Below, piece by piece: positions 10,335-18,900 of a stretch of 64,000 bases of DNA; the first letter of the stretch is position 1; every line of letters begins with the position of its first letter. The notes under the pieces were generated by a model. The model saw only the letters and a list, made by a program, of their open reading frames with translations. It was not told where the DNA came from and searched no databases. A program made the translations under genes and the position numbers. Origin of the DNA: a virus (Duplodnaviria > Caudoviricetes); IMG/VR virus record IMGVR_UViG_2548876809_000002, positions 18,058 to 82,057 of that record, one strand, 5' to 3'.

Positions 10335-10892
10335 TCACGGATGATTTACCGGGTTGACGGAAGGTAGCCCCGGAAATCCGCCGTTCACGCGGCGGCATAC
10401 CTCACCCATCGCGCGCTCATAACGCTTGCGTAGCCCCTCTGCGCCCCGCGTCACGCCCATCGGTCCGCGCAACTGCATCCACGGCACCTGCTTGGCACCG
10501 CGAGCGAGCGCCGTGATCACCAAGCCGATCAGCTTGCGATCAACGGGCTTGAGCGGCTCGACCCACCCGAACGCCTCTTCCATCTCAGCCACTTCGAGCC
10601 GAGTGAGCGATGCCGAACGGATCTCAGCGTCGGGCATGGCAAGGTCACCGCCGCGCGCATCGTAATCACCCGGCTCAGCGGCCACGTCCGGCCAGGCCGA
10701 GCGGATCCGCATCCAACCGCGCTCGCGGTCCGGGTTGCGCCAGCATACCAGCATCGCCTCAACTAGCCGTTCCTCGACGTCACCGAACGATAGCAGGCTA
10801 CCGCGGGCGCGTTCTTCGCGCGGATCGACGACCCTTCCACCAACGGAAGCTTCATCAATCTCCCTTCCGCCAGCTTTGCTGTAGTAAACCAT
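10335..10892 (-). CDS. Putative late-gene regulator (DUF6362-like, lambda Q position)
   Basis: VEERLVEA...WP motif and C-terminal HTH-like segment; between replication and terminase. Confidence 0.55.
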   Translation of the reverse strand: MVYYSKAGGREIDEASVGGRVVDPREERARGSLLSFGDVEERLVEAMLVCWRNPDRERGWMRIRSAWPDVAAEPGDYDARGGDLAMPDAEIRSASLTRLEVAEMEEAFGWVEPLKPVDRKLIGLVITALARGAKQVPWMQLRGPMGVTRGAEGLRKRYERAMGEVCRRVNGGFPGLPSVNPVNHP

Positions 10893-10919
10893 TAGAAAGT
10901 AGCCCTTATTTATATACCG

Positions 10920-11091
10920 TGGAAGGATTGGAAGGATTGGAAGGGTTTATGGAACGTGAGTTTCACGCGCCCGCGCACACCCGCGCATATGTATGTGATA
11001 AGTTGGCCGCGATCCTTCCAACCCTTCCAAGGGCGCACAAATCCGCCCTTTTCCCTTCCAGTAAGCTTCCGCGATCCTTCCATATGGAAGG
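10920..11091. repeat. TGGAAGG iteron array, probable replication origin
   Basis: 8 copies in both orientations (10920, 10929, 10938, 11014, 11023, 11054, 11076, 11085) beside an AT-rich stretch, just downstream of the primase-helicase. Confidence 0.7.
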
Positions 11092-11092
11092 G

Positions 11093-14000
11093 TTATGGCG
11101 GGAGATCGTCGTCGTCGTAAATGGCGGGCGAGGCAGCGCGGCCGCTATCGGTCTGCTGGCGGACATTCCCCTCGCTATCGACGAAGTCATGCGCCTCGCG
11201 GGTCAGCTTGATCCCGAGCCAGTGCATCCCGTTCGAAGCCTTCTTCGTGAGCTTCGATTTGAGAGCGCCACTGAACCCCTTCTGTGACCACTCGGTTTCG
11301 CCTGCCGCCTTTGCCCACGCAAGGAACACGGCGTAAAGCGTGGACGACTGCACAGACCCTTGTTCGTCCGGTTCGGTGCACGCCCGCAAGAAGCGCGTCG
11401 CAGGATCACTGTCAGCCTTGAACTCCGCCGTTGCATCACGAACGGAGTCCGGCTCGACGAACCCGTTATCCATCCAGTCCAGCGCACCGCGCACCATCCA
11501 AGCGAGAATGCCCGAATACTCGTCGCGGAGCTTGCGCGGCAGGCTGCGATCTTTCTCATGCTCTTCGAGATGGCTTTCCCACAAAACGACTTTGATGCGT
11601 CGCCAGATACCCTCGGTTCCCTGCGGGATCGGGGGTAGCTTGTTACAGGACAACGTCCATTTGAATGCAGGCGTGAACCAGAAGAAGCTGCGGAAGTTGT
11701 CGCGAGCCATCATCTCATCGCCGCCGGTGACGGTGTTGATCAGTGCTTCATCGACCTTCGCATCCTTGGGCGGCTCGCCTGATACGAGCAGCCGGATACT
11801 GGGCAGCACCGCCAAGCCCGGAGAAGCCGCGTCCGCGCCCTTCTTTGCGCCAACCTCCAGAAAGGTTTCCGCTTTCGTCATCGCGCCGTAATCACCGACA
11901 GCATCACGACAGACGTTCGACACCGTGGATTTGCCGTTGGCTGCGCTCGGTCCCCACCATACGTGAAAGATCTGTTCGCTGGTCTCGCCTGTCAGGTTGT
12001 AGCCCATCCATTGCCGTAGGTACCGACGACGTTTGGAATCGGGTTGGGCCCATTCAATCAGTGGCTGGAACAATGGCGCGGGAGCTTCTGGCTCGTAAGC
12101 ACAAGCGGTGACCTTCGTCAGACGATCGGCGCGGTTGTGCGGCTGTAGCTCGACGCGTGAAGACGAACCCTCGCCCCCCCGAATGAACCGCAACGTGCCG
12201 TTGGTGCAGTTGAGCAGAAGAGGGTCAGTGTCGAACGTGCTCAGCTCGACCGTCACGTCACGTTTCACGAGCCCAGATATGCAGTTAATCCGCCCCGCAG
12301 CCTCAGAAGCATTCGCCCAACCAGCCAGCTTGTCAGAAAGCAGCTCAGTCTTTTTGCCGCCACCCTGCCATCGATCCATGCCGTGCGGCCGACGCGGATC
12401 TTGAAATGTTTCGTCCAGCAGAAGCTTCTCAGAAATCTCGACCCACTCGGCCCAGCCCGTATCACGGACAAAATCCGCTTCGCGCTGGATCGCTTCGATC
12501 GTAGCGACGACGCTGGCCAGCACCTCTGCCGGTGTCGTGTCTTTCTCCTGATTGAGCACGCGGTACCGCCGCCCATCCCAACCGAGCCAACCTTTCGATG
12601 TGGTGTAAAGGTAATCCTCGCCGTACCGTGCAATCCACCGTTCGGAATTACCTTTGTCGGTGCGATTGAACATGGCGCACCGCCTATCGAGCAGCATCGG
12701 CGCAACGTCATAGCCCTTGGCCATGCCAGCTTCAAAGGAACGGCGAAGGTTGCGGCCTTCCGCCCCGTTCCATTTGGCAACCCGCCCTTCCCCCAGCACG
12801 ACGACGGCAGCTGCCATTGCCATGAACGGATCGATTAGCCCGCTCGCAATCATGCCGCCAAGCTTGAAGGCAAACCTACCGGCTTGCTTTGGGTCATCCC
12901 CAACCGTGTTTGGTGTGCGAGACAAGCGCAATTGCACGACACGGCGTACTCTCGCCCGGTCGGCCTCCCCCATGATAGAAAGATCGGCCACCCTTCCATG
13001 TGGAAGCATGTCATCTTCGGTCATACCGGGGGGTAGCGGGGGGAACTCGGCGTCAAAGCGTGCGCGCCAGGCGGAGAGATAGTGCGCTCGTGTTTCGTCG
13101 TCGCGGACCGTACCGGCCATCGTCGCAAGTTGCGCCCAAAGCCCCGCGCGCCCTTCGGGTCCATCCACCTCGGCCGCGGCGAGCAGCGTTTCCCACAACC
13201 ACGCGTCCATCGGCTGCGCAGCGGACAGCACGTGTTCAATCGCGGCGCGGCCTTCCTCAATCGATCCGGCCGCATTGACCAGCGTGTCCGGATCGTGCCC
13301 GTCCGGGAGCATCGCGATCGTCAACGATCGTCCGGGACCGGCAAACGGAAGCGCGCGACCGCACGCCCGCAGCGCTGCTTTCTGCCCCGGCGCATCACCG
13401 TCGAACAGCAGGATTGGCCGCTCGGTCGCGCGCCAGGCGCGCTCGAGCTGGCGCTCGGTCAGTGCTGTTCCCATCGGCGCGACGCCTTCGAGGATCCCGA
13501 CACGATCGAGCGCGATCACGTCGAAAAACCCCTCGCCGATGATTAGCCGACGCGCCGATCGCGCGGCCGGTGCGGCGCGATGCAGGTTGAAAAGCACCTC
13601 GCCCTTATTGAATACCGTACTATCTGGGCTGTTCAGATACTTCGGTTCGGCGTCACCGATCGCCCGCCCGCCAAAGCCGATCATACGGCCTCGCGTGTCG
13701 TGGATGGGGATCATGATGCGCTGGCGGAACCGGTCGCGCCACAGCCCGGCGTCGCGACCTTCGGTCGCTTCCATCATCAGTCCGTGCGTTTCCAGCGTTT
13801 TCGGTGGAACGCCACTGGCCGCGATCGACTTGCGAGCCGGCGCAACGCCTAACTCGAATCGCGCGATCGTCTCCGCGCCCACTCCGCGCTTTGTCAGAAG
13901 CTCGGTCGTCTTGGCATCGCCGACCAGCTCGGCCGCGTACCATGCCGCGGCTTTAGCGAGTACGTCAGCTGCATTGCTAGCTTCGTTTTCCCGTCGCTCC

Positions 14001-14305
14001 ACGTCCGGCGATGGCGCGGGCACGATGACGCCGGCATCTTCCGCAAGCGTTCGGACCGCATCGATGAAACCAAGCCCGCTTTTATCGGTCAGCCAACGGA
14101 TCGCGTCCCCGTGCGCGCCGCACCCGAAGCAATGATAGAAGCCCTTGTCATCATTGACGTAGAAACTTGGCGTTTGCTCTTGGTGAAATGGGCAACAGGC
14201 GCGAAATTCACGGCCGGCGCGATCGAGCTTAAGCGTGCGCCCAACGACATCCGACAACGTAATCCGCGAACGCAGATCATCGAGAAATTGCGTGGTAAGA
14301 GCCAT
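11093..14305 (-). CDS. DnaG-type primase fused to D5/P4-family SF3 helicase (1070 aa)
   Basis: CHC2 finger (CPFH...HCFGC), Toprim (EGFFD, FDGD), ANGKST Walker A, CNKLP and GIWRRI motifs. Confidence 0.9.
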   Translation of the reverse strand: MALTTQFLDDLRSRITLSDVVGRTLKLDRAGREFRACCPFHQEQTPSFYVNDDKGFYHCFGCGAHGDAIRWLTDKSGLGFIDAVRTLAEDAGVIVPAPSPDVERRENEASNAADVLAKAAAWYAAELVGDAKTTELLTKRGVGAETIARFELGVAPARKSIAASGVPPKTLETHGLMMEATEGRDAGLWRDRFRQRIMIPIHDTRGRMIGFGGRAIGDAEPKYLNSPDSTVFNKGEVLFNLHRAAPAARSARRLIIGEGFFDVIALDRVGILEGVAPMGTALTERQLERAWRATERPILLFDGDAPGQKAALRACGRALPFAGPGRSLTIAMLPDGHDPDTLVNAAGSIEEGRAAIEHVLSAAQPMDAWLWETLLAAAEVDGPEGRAGLWAQLATMAGTVRDDETRAHYLSAWRARFDAEFPPLPPGMTEDDMLPHGRVADLSIMGEADRARVRRVVQLRLSRTPNTVGDDPKQAGRFAFKLGGMIASGLIDPFMAMAAAVVVLGEGRVAKWNGAEGRNLRRSFEAGMAKGYDVAPMLLDRRCAMFNRTDKGNSERWIARYGEDYLYTTSKGWLGWDGRRYRVLNQEKDTTPAEVLASVVATIEAIQREADFVRDTGWAEWVEISEKLLLDETFQDPRRPHGMDRWQGGGKKTELLSDKLAGWANASEAAGRINCISGLVKRDVTVELSTFDTDPLLLNCTNGTLRFIRGGEGSSSRVELQPHNRADRLTKVTACAYEPEAPAPLFQPLIEWAQPDSKRRRYLRQWMGYNLTGETSEQIFHVWWGPSAANGKSTVSNVCRDAVGDYGAMTKAETFLEVGAKKGADAASPGLAVLPSIRLLVSGEPPKDAKVDEALINTVTGGDEMMARDNFRSFFWFTPAFKWTLSCNKLPPIPQGTEGIWRRIKVVLWESHLEEHEKDRSLPRKLRDEYSGILAWMVRGALDWMDNGFVEPDSVRDATAEFKADSDPATRFLRACTEPDEQGSVQSSTLYAVFLAWAKAAGETEWSQKGFSGALKSKLTKKASNGMHWLGIKLTREAHDFVDSEGNVRQQTDSGRAASPAIYDDDDLPP

Positions 14306-14494
14306 TGGCTATCTCGCGCTTCGACGCGCTGAGCTTTTCGCCGCCGACCATTTCGACGGCGTCAGGTTGGTCACAGACACTGGTACGATCACCCCCGAAT
14401 ACGGCTGGAAAAGATCGGGGGGATGTTCGAGCATCGTCCCCCCAGCGATGGCGGACGCACAGTTCGGCAGAGCCCGTGCGTCCCGAAACTCAGA

Positions 14495-14746
14495 TCATGG
14501 CGGAGCGGCGCTAGCGTCGCCGATCACGCGCGCGGTTGCCTGCCCCGGCTGGTTTTCCGTCAGCCACCGCGTCGCCTTGATTGCGGCCTTCGCCTCAAGA
14601 TGCCGTGCGCGATTTTCCTTGGCTTCCGTGATCCGGCCGCGCAGATCCGCCGGCAGCCGTTTCCAGCAGCTCGGGCAGACGGCCTGCCAACGTGTTCGTG
14701 TTTCGCGGCAGAAAGGGACGGGGCAATCATGAGTAGCGTGCTTCAC
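14495..14746 (-). CDS. Small Cys-rich hypothetical protein
   Basis: C-x4-C...C-x2-C; coupled to neighbours. Confidence 0.55.
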   Translation of the reverse strand: MKHATHDCPVPFCRETRTRWQAVCPSCWKRLPADLRGRITEAKENRARHLEAKAAIKATRWLTENQPGQATARVIGDASAAPP

Positions 14747-14958
14747 GAAGCAGCCACCTTGCTCGGCGCTCCGAGCTGGGCGGCGACATCAGGCGCAGAG
14801 CCTTTGGCGCACAGGACATCGTTCGACAGGCGCATCAACGTCGTACCGGCGCGCTCGGGGTGATCCGCGATCCAAACAACGTGGGCTGGGTTAATGAACG
14901 TCCGGATCTCTCCGGTGTCGCTGGCAATATCGATCGTGATGATCGGCACTAGCATCAC
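14743..14958 (-). CDS. Hypothetical protein (71 aa)
   Basis: Overlapping start/stop with neighbours. Confidence 0.55.
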   Translation of the reverse strand: MMLVPIITIDIASDTGEIRTFINPAHVVWIADHPERAGTTLMRLSNDVLCAKGSAPDVAAQLGAPSKVAAS

Positions 14959-15182
14959 CTGTCTCCATCAAATTCGTAGAAGCCGCCGCCTCGGGTCTTC
15001 ACGGTCTTGTCACGCGCGTCGCGGCAGAGAGCGCACCAGCCATCAACCAGACGCTTGCTCTCATCGCCGCACTGGTGGCAGTCGCCTGGAACGCCACGCG
15101 GGACGGGCACGCACGCCGCTGCGATCGCCGTGTCATTGTCCGCAGCCTGCAGCCGCTGCGCCATGTCGATGACGTCAGCCAC
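14955..15182 (-). CDS. TraR/DksA-like C4 zinc-finger protein
   Basis: GTG start, MADVIDMA (D3/D6/A8), C-x2-C...C-x2-C. Confidence 0.7.
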   Translation of the reverse strand: MADVIDMAQRLQAADNDTAIAAACVPVPRGVPGDCHQCGDESKRLVDGWCALCRDARDKTVKTRGGGFYEFDGDR

Positions 15183-15372
15183 GGTATTGCGCCTCGAGCC
15201 GCGCCAGCTTCGCGCGCGCCGCTTCGATCTGCCGTGGCAGCCGCGATCGGCGCAGCTGCTCGACATTCTTGAGCCGCTCGATGCGCAGCTGTTCGTCCGA
15301 GGTAAGCGAACGGCCAACGGCTGCCGCCGCGATCGCGGCGATCTCCGCATCGACGGACACCCGGCGCGGCAT
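15175..15372 (-). CDS. Hypothetical protein (65 aa)
   Basis: Coupled to neighbours. Confidence 0.5.
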   Translation of the reverse strand: MPRRVSVDAEIAAIAAAAVGRSLTSDEQLRIERLKNVEQLRRSRLPRQIEAARAKLARLEAQYRG

Positions 15373-15929
15373 CAGACGCCCATTCCTGTCTTCGCGCCGG
15401 TTTCGAGGATCTCGATCTGACGGAAGTCGAGATCTTCGTAGCGCGTGATCGCGATCAAGTTGGCTTGGTCAAGTTTCGCCAGATGCTTCGACACGAGGTC
15501 GGCACTGCGCACCCCCAGCATCGCCGCCAGTGAGGGGTTGCTCGGACAGCGCCGCCGATCGTCGGCCAACCGGACCAACAGATCGAGCAGCAACCGGGCC
15601 TCGGTCGGCAGCGTCGTATCGATAGCAACGGGCCGGGCATTGGCGAAAGCGAGAGCTGTTCGGCGGGCGGCGAAATCGAACAGCGAACTGCCCGGTTCAT
15701 GGCGCGTCCGCCGCAAGGTGATAAGGCCCTGCAGCATCAGACGATGCGCGCGCGCACCGACGGCGCGGGGAGCTTGCGGCGCTCGAGCATAGACGCAGAT
15801 GCGATCCGCCCCGGCGCCGGACACCCATGCCGAGAGACCGTCTGCCGTGGCCGCGAACGGTCCGGCGAACGGAATTAGGCACTCCGCGCCCTCGAACGGA
15901 CGGTGCTGGACGTAGGCTTCCTGCCCCAT
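15372..15929 (-). CDS. Winged-HTH DNA-binding protein
   Basis: GGAGG RBS before ATG 15929; C-terminal PSNPSLAAMLG...VSKHLAKL HTH. Confidence 0.6.
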   Translation of the reverse strand: MGQEAYVQHRPFEGAECLIPFAGPFAATADGLSAWVSGAGADRICVYARAPQAPRAVGARAHRLMLQGLITLRRTRHEPGSSLFDFAARRTALAFANARPVAIDTTLPTEARLLLDLLVRLADDRRRCPSNPSLAAMLGVRSADLVSKHLAKLDQANLIAITRYEDLDFRQIEILETGAKTGMGV

Positions 15930-16044
15930 GGTCAACCTCCACAGCACAGCGGCCGACGCGGCCAGGGGGGGACAAGCCGCGTCGGCACGCGCGGGACGTC
16001 GGGGTGAAATCCCGCACGCTTGCTGTTCGAGAAACGGGAAAGGA

Positions 16045-16332
16045 TCATTCAGCCAGGGCTTGCCGATCGGCGGGCTGGTCATACCAAGCGCCCACCGCCT
16101 CGTTGTACCAGTCGAGCGGCAATACTGCCCCCTCTGTCCGGGGAACGAGATCGGTCAGCAGGAGCGATCCCGGCAACAGCGAACCATCGAGCAGCCGCCC
16201 AAGCTGGCTTTCGTCGACGAACAGGATCCGCTCTGCCGCCGTGAGGTCACCGCCGCATTCCGAGCCAATCCAGTGCGCGAGACGGCGCGCGCCTTCGTTC
16301 GCCGGGGTCGCCGTGAGGTGCATCTTGCTCAT
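16045..16332 (-). CDS. Hypothetical protein, possibly HTH
   Basis: ATG overlaps the cII-like stop. Confidence 0.5.
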   Translation of the reverse strand: MSKMHLTATPANEGARRLAHWIGSECGGDLTAAERILFVDESQLGRLLDGSLLPGSLLLTDLVPRTEGAVLPLDWYNEAVGAWYDQPADRQALAE

Positions 16333-16799
16333 TCTTGGTTCCCTTCGATGGAAGCGAGCGCGGCATCGAGCTGCACCGCGACTTCGATTTGTTCGCGCAG
16401 TTGCTTGCGGATCGCGCGGGCCTCGGCTGGATTCACGACCTGGTCGGCGAGCGCCTTGCAAATCTCGCTGGCGATATCGCCGCCCTCCTTTGAGAGTCTG
16501 GCGAGCAGCATCAGCAGGTCGGTTCCTGACGGAGTGCACTCAGGCAGGCGCACCAGCGCGAAGCCCAGGCCCGCCGCCAGCGCACGAGTGATATGCGGCC
16601 AGCCCTCGCGATCACGCGCCAGGGGTTCGAGGTCCTGCACGACGTCGATCGCAACGAAGCTATCCGGGCGGTTGACTGACTGGTTGTCGCCAAGGACTGT
16701 CTTGCCGACGCGGCAGAATCCTGCCGAAGCTTCAAGCCCGCCGCATCCCTTGATCAACTCCGCGGTCGCGAGCTTGATGGCAATACGTTCCGGGGTCAT
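16329..16799 (-). CDS. CII-like phage regulatory protein
   Basis: Follows cro; helical Phage_CP76/CII-like pattern. Confidence 0.6.
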   Translation of the reverse strand: MTPERIAIKLATAELIKGCGGLEASAGFCRVGKTVLGDNQSVNRPDSFVAIDVVQDLEPLARDREGWPHITRALAAGLGFALVRLPECTPSGTDLLMLLARLSKEGGDIASEICKALADQVVNPAEARAIRKQLREQIEVAVQLDAALASIEGNQE

Positions 16800-17071
16800 G
16801 CCGACACCGCAGCGGAAAGATTGCCCGCGTTTCCGGATGCGTCCGAAGCTTCCGAACCGGTATCAGCGCCAGCATGGTTCAGTTCCGCGCCGGTCTCCCA
16901 GTCGATCACCAAACCTTCCCGGTCCGCAACCAGACGCAGGTGCGCCAACCGAGAGCGAGGAATGCCATTCTTACGCCAGCTGTGAACCGTCGAGGGGGAA
17001 GTCTCGGTCATTCGAGAAACCACGGTCGTGCCGCCAAGGGCATCGATGATTTGGTTGGAGACGTTTTCCAT
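16796..17071 (-). CDS. Cro-like repressor
   Basis: IIDALGGTTVVSRM...STVHSWRKNGIP HTH, divergent from cI. Confidence 0.75.
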   Translation of the reverse strand: MENVSNQIIDALGGTTVVSRMTETSPSTVHSWRKNGIPRSRLAHLRLVADREGLVIDWETGAELNHAGADTGSEASDASGNAGNLSAAVSA

Positions 17072-17081
17072 GCGCAAACAT

Positions 17082-17145
17082 ATGCGATAAACGCAAACTA
17101 CCAGCAAGGGGTATTTTGCGATAATGGCAATTGCGACATTCGCAT
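17082..17145. promoter_or_regulatory. OR operators 1-3 of prophage A
   Basis: ATGCGATAAACGCAA, TTGCGATAATGGCAA, TTGCGACATTCGCAT between cro and cI. Confidence 0.75.
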
Positions 17146-17164
17146 AATGCCGCTTGATGCCAGC

Positions 17165-17752
17165 ATGGACGCGAACGACATCAAGGCGGAGCTACTTCGG
17201 CGCAATATGAGCCAGCGCGACCTTGCGCAGGCTATAGGCATGGACGAGAACCACCTCTCGAAAGCCCTAGCGGGAAAGCGCCAATTCAAGGTTCCGGAAA
17301 TGGACGCGATCCGTCAGGAACTGGTGCCTGACGACGCGGATGAGGAACGCCTGCAGATCAGGTCGCTGCCGTTGCTTGGCGATGTCCCGGCAGGAAGTTT
17401 CCAGCCACAGGAGCAGCGCGGCGGTCGGCGGTTGATCGTTAGCGATCCAGACATTCCTGTTCGAGCATACGGCCTAAGGATTGTGGGCGACTCGATGGAT
17501 TTGATCGCGCCAGCCGGCTCGACCGTAATTATTGATCCAGATGACAAGCAGTTATGGGCCGGTAGGCGGTACGTGATTCGCACGAGCGACGGCGAGACAA
17601 CCTTTAAGGAATACCGAGATGGCCCCGCCAGGCTCGTGCCTTGCTCGACGAACCCGGCCCATAAAGAGATGCTGATCGGTGCCGAAGCAATCACTATCGA
17701 AGGGCGGGTGTTCTCTTATAACTTGCGAGACGCTCCTATGCGGACCGCCTGA
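17165..17752 (+). CDS. CI-like repressor (XRE HTH + S24 peptidase)
   Basis: HTH; VPAG cleavage site; GDSM catalytic Ser; TFK catalytic Lys. Confidence 0.9.
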   Translation: MDANDIKAELLRRNMSQRDLAQAIGMDENHLSKALAGKRQFKVPEMDAIRQELVPDDADEERLQIRSLPLLGDVPAGSFQPQEQRGGRRLIVSDPDIPVRAYGLRIVGDSMDLIAPAGSTVIIDPDDKQLWAGRRYVIRTSDGETTFKEYRDGPARLVPCSTNPAHKEMLIGAEAITIEGRVFSYNLRDAPMRTA

Positions 17753-17924
17753 GCTCTTCATAAAAGCGCCATTCTATGCTGGCCGGGGCGTCGAGGTAGA
17801 GCTGCCCCCACTCGTCAAACTCGGCCAATCCTTGGGCTACAGCGTCTTCTTCAGCCCGCCGCTCAGTAGGACGCCACGGACCCTGCGGCTCACCGAACGC
17901 GATGACACGATACTCAACAGCCAC
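17736..17924 (-). CDS. 62-aa SOS-regulated hypothetical protein
   Basis: GGGAG RBS before GTG; LexA box upstream. Confidence 0.6.
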   Translation of the reverse strand: MAVEYRVIAFGEPQGPWRPTERRAEEDAVAQGLAEFDEWGQLYLDAPASIEWRFYEELRRSA

Positions 17925-17958
17925 GCGAAACTCTCCCGGGAATCGATCACTAGTATGA

Positions 17959-17973
17959 GAACATAAAAAGAAC
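17959..17973 (-). promoter_or_regulatory. Alphaproteobacterial LexA (SOS) box
   Basis: Exact GAAC-ATAAAAA-GAAC (GAAC-N7-GAAC), between a TTGACC hexamer and the 17924 start. Confidence 0.75.
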
Positions 17974-17997
17974 AGATTCCGACGTAGGTCAAGACAT

Positions 17998-18048
17998 TTG
18001 CGAAAGTCGCAAACTTTTTGATTGACCGGCAGTTTGCGTTAATCGCAT
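17998..18048. promoter_or_regulatory. OL operators and PL-like promoter of prophage A
   Basis: TTGCGAAAGTCGCAA and TTGCGTTAATCGCAT; TTGACC-N17-GCATAT. Confidence 0.7.
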
Positions 18049-18087
18049 ATGGCCTCACAGCCGCATCCCGCGGCGGTGGAGGCTACG

Positions 18088-18354
18088 ATGTCTGTTCGCA
18101 TCGACGCGAAACCCGAAGTTCAATCCTACACGCCCCCGATCTGGGCAACCGAAACCGCTGAACGCGATCTCGCATCGTTGTTTCGCGCACGATCACTTCA
18201 GGTGTCTCGCAGTGCGCCACCCGTCGAGCAGTGCGCGGTTGAGGCCGATCCCGACTTTAAGCTGGTCGAGCGCGCCACCGTAGCGCTCATTGTCGTGTTC
18301 GTCCTGTACATGGCCGCGCAGTTCGTCCGTGCCTGGCTCGAGGGGCATCTGTGA
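18088..18354 (+). CDS. Small membrane protein
   Basis: GGAGG RBS; C-terminal hydrophobic helix. Confidence 0.55.
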   Translation: MSVRIDAKPEVQSYTPPIWATETAERDLASLFRARSLQVSRSAPPVEQCAVEADPDFKLVERATVALIVVFVLYMAAQFVRAWLEGHL

Positions 18355-18467
18355 TGCGAACGCGCCTCGCGTCTGATTCTCGGTGCTCGCTACGCCGATC
18401 TCTCTCGATCGTCATCGCGGTGACGATCGCGCTGTGGCTCGTCATCATCGCGGTCACCGTCGCATGA
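18354..18467 (+). CDS. 37-aa membrane peptide (MRTRLASD...VIAVTIALWLVIIAVTVA)
   Basis: Not in ORF track; start and stop overlap neighbours. Confidence 0.5.
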   Translation: MRTRLASDSRCSLRRSLSIVIAVTIALWLVIIAVTVA

Positions 18468-18745
18468 TGCTGCGTGAGCATAGCGCATTATTGCGTGGCT
18501 TCGTGTCCGCCCGCGTGAAAGGCCGCGACGTCGTCAACTTCGCCGACGAGCTGTCTGCGGCGCGCAAGGTTCTTGCCATGATTCCCGGCGAACCGGCCGG
18601 TGCGCGAAACACCCTCGCCATCATTCCTGACCTCGACGGCAAGGCCGTCGCGAACGCTCTTCGCGCTGCCGGTTTCAATCGTGCGCGGGAGATCAGCGGC
18701 CGGAAGGCCACGACCGTCGTCTACCATCGGAGGGTTCAAAAATGA
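18464..18745 (+). CDS. Hypothetical protein (93 aa)
   Basis: ATGA coupling at both ends. Confidence 0.55.
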   Translation: MMLREHSALLRGFVSARVKGRDVVNFADELSAARKVLAMIPGEPAGARNTLAIIPDLDGKAVANALRAAGFNRAREISGRKATTVVYHRRVQK

Positions 18746-18900
18746 TCCGTCATATGATTCCGCGTCTGCAGGTCGGTCGGTATTCCGGATCTGCGCTTAC
18801 CGACGACTTTGGTCCCGACGGCGATGAAGTTCGCGGCTTCGGCTTCTGCTGTCAGTGGTTCGGCATCCTGATCGAAGTATGCGTGGGGGGCGTGCGATGA
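18742..18900 (+). CDS. Hypothetical protein (52 aa, MIRHMIPRLQVG...)
   Basis: Not in ORF track; ATGA coupling at both ends. Confidence 0.5.
   Translation: MIRHMIPRLQVGRYSGSALTDDFGPDGDEVRGFGFCCQWFGILIEVCVGGVR

Noticed and set aside
14305-14498. Possible gene between 14495 and the primase (ATG ATC TGA coupled start)
   Set aside because: No frame gives a convincing protein; may be a remnant but cannot be supported
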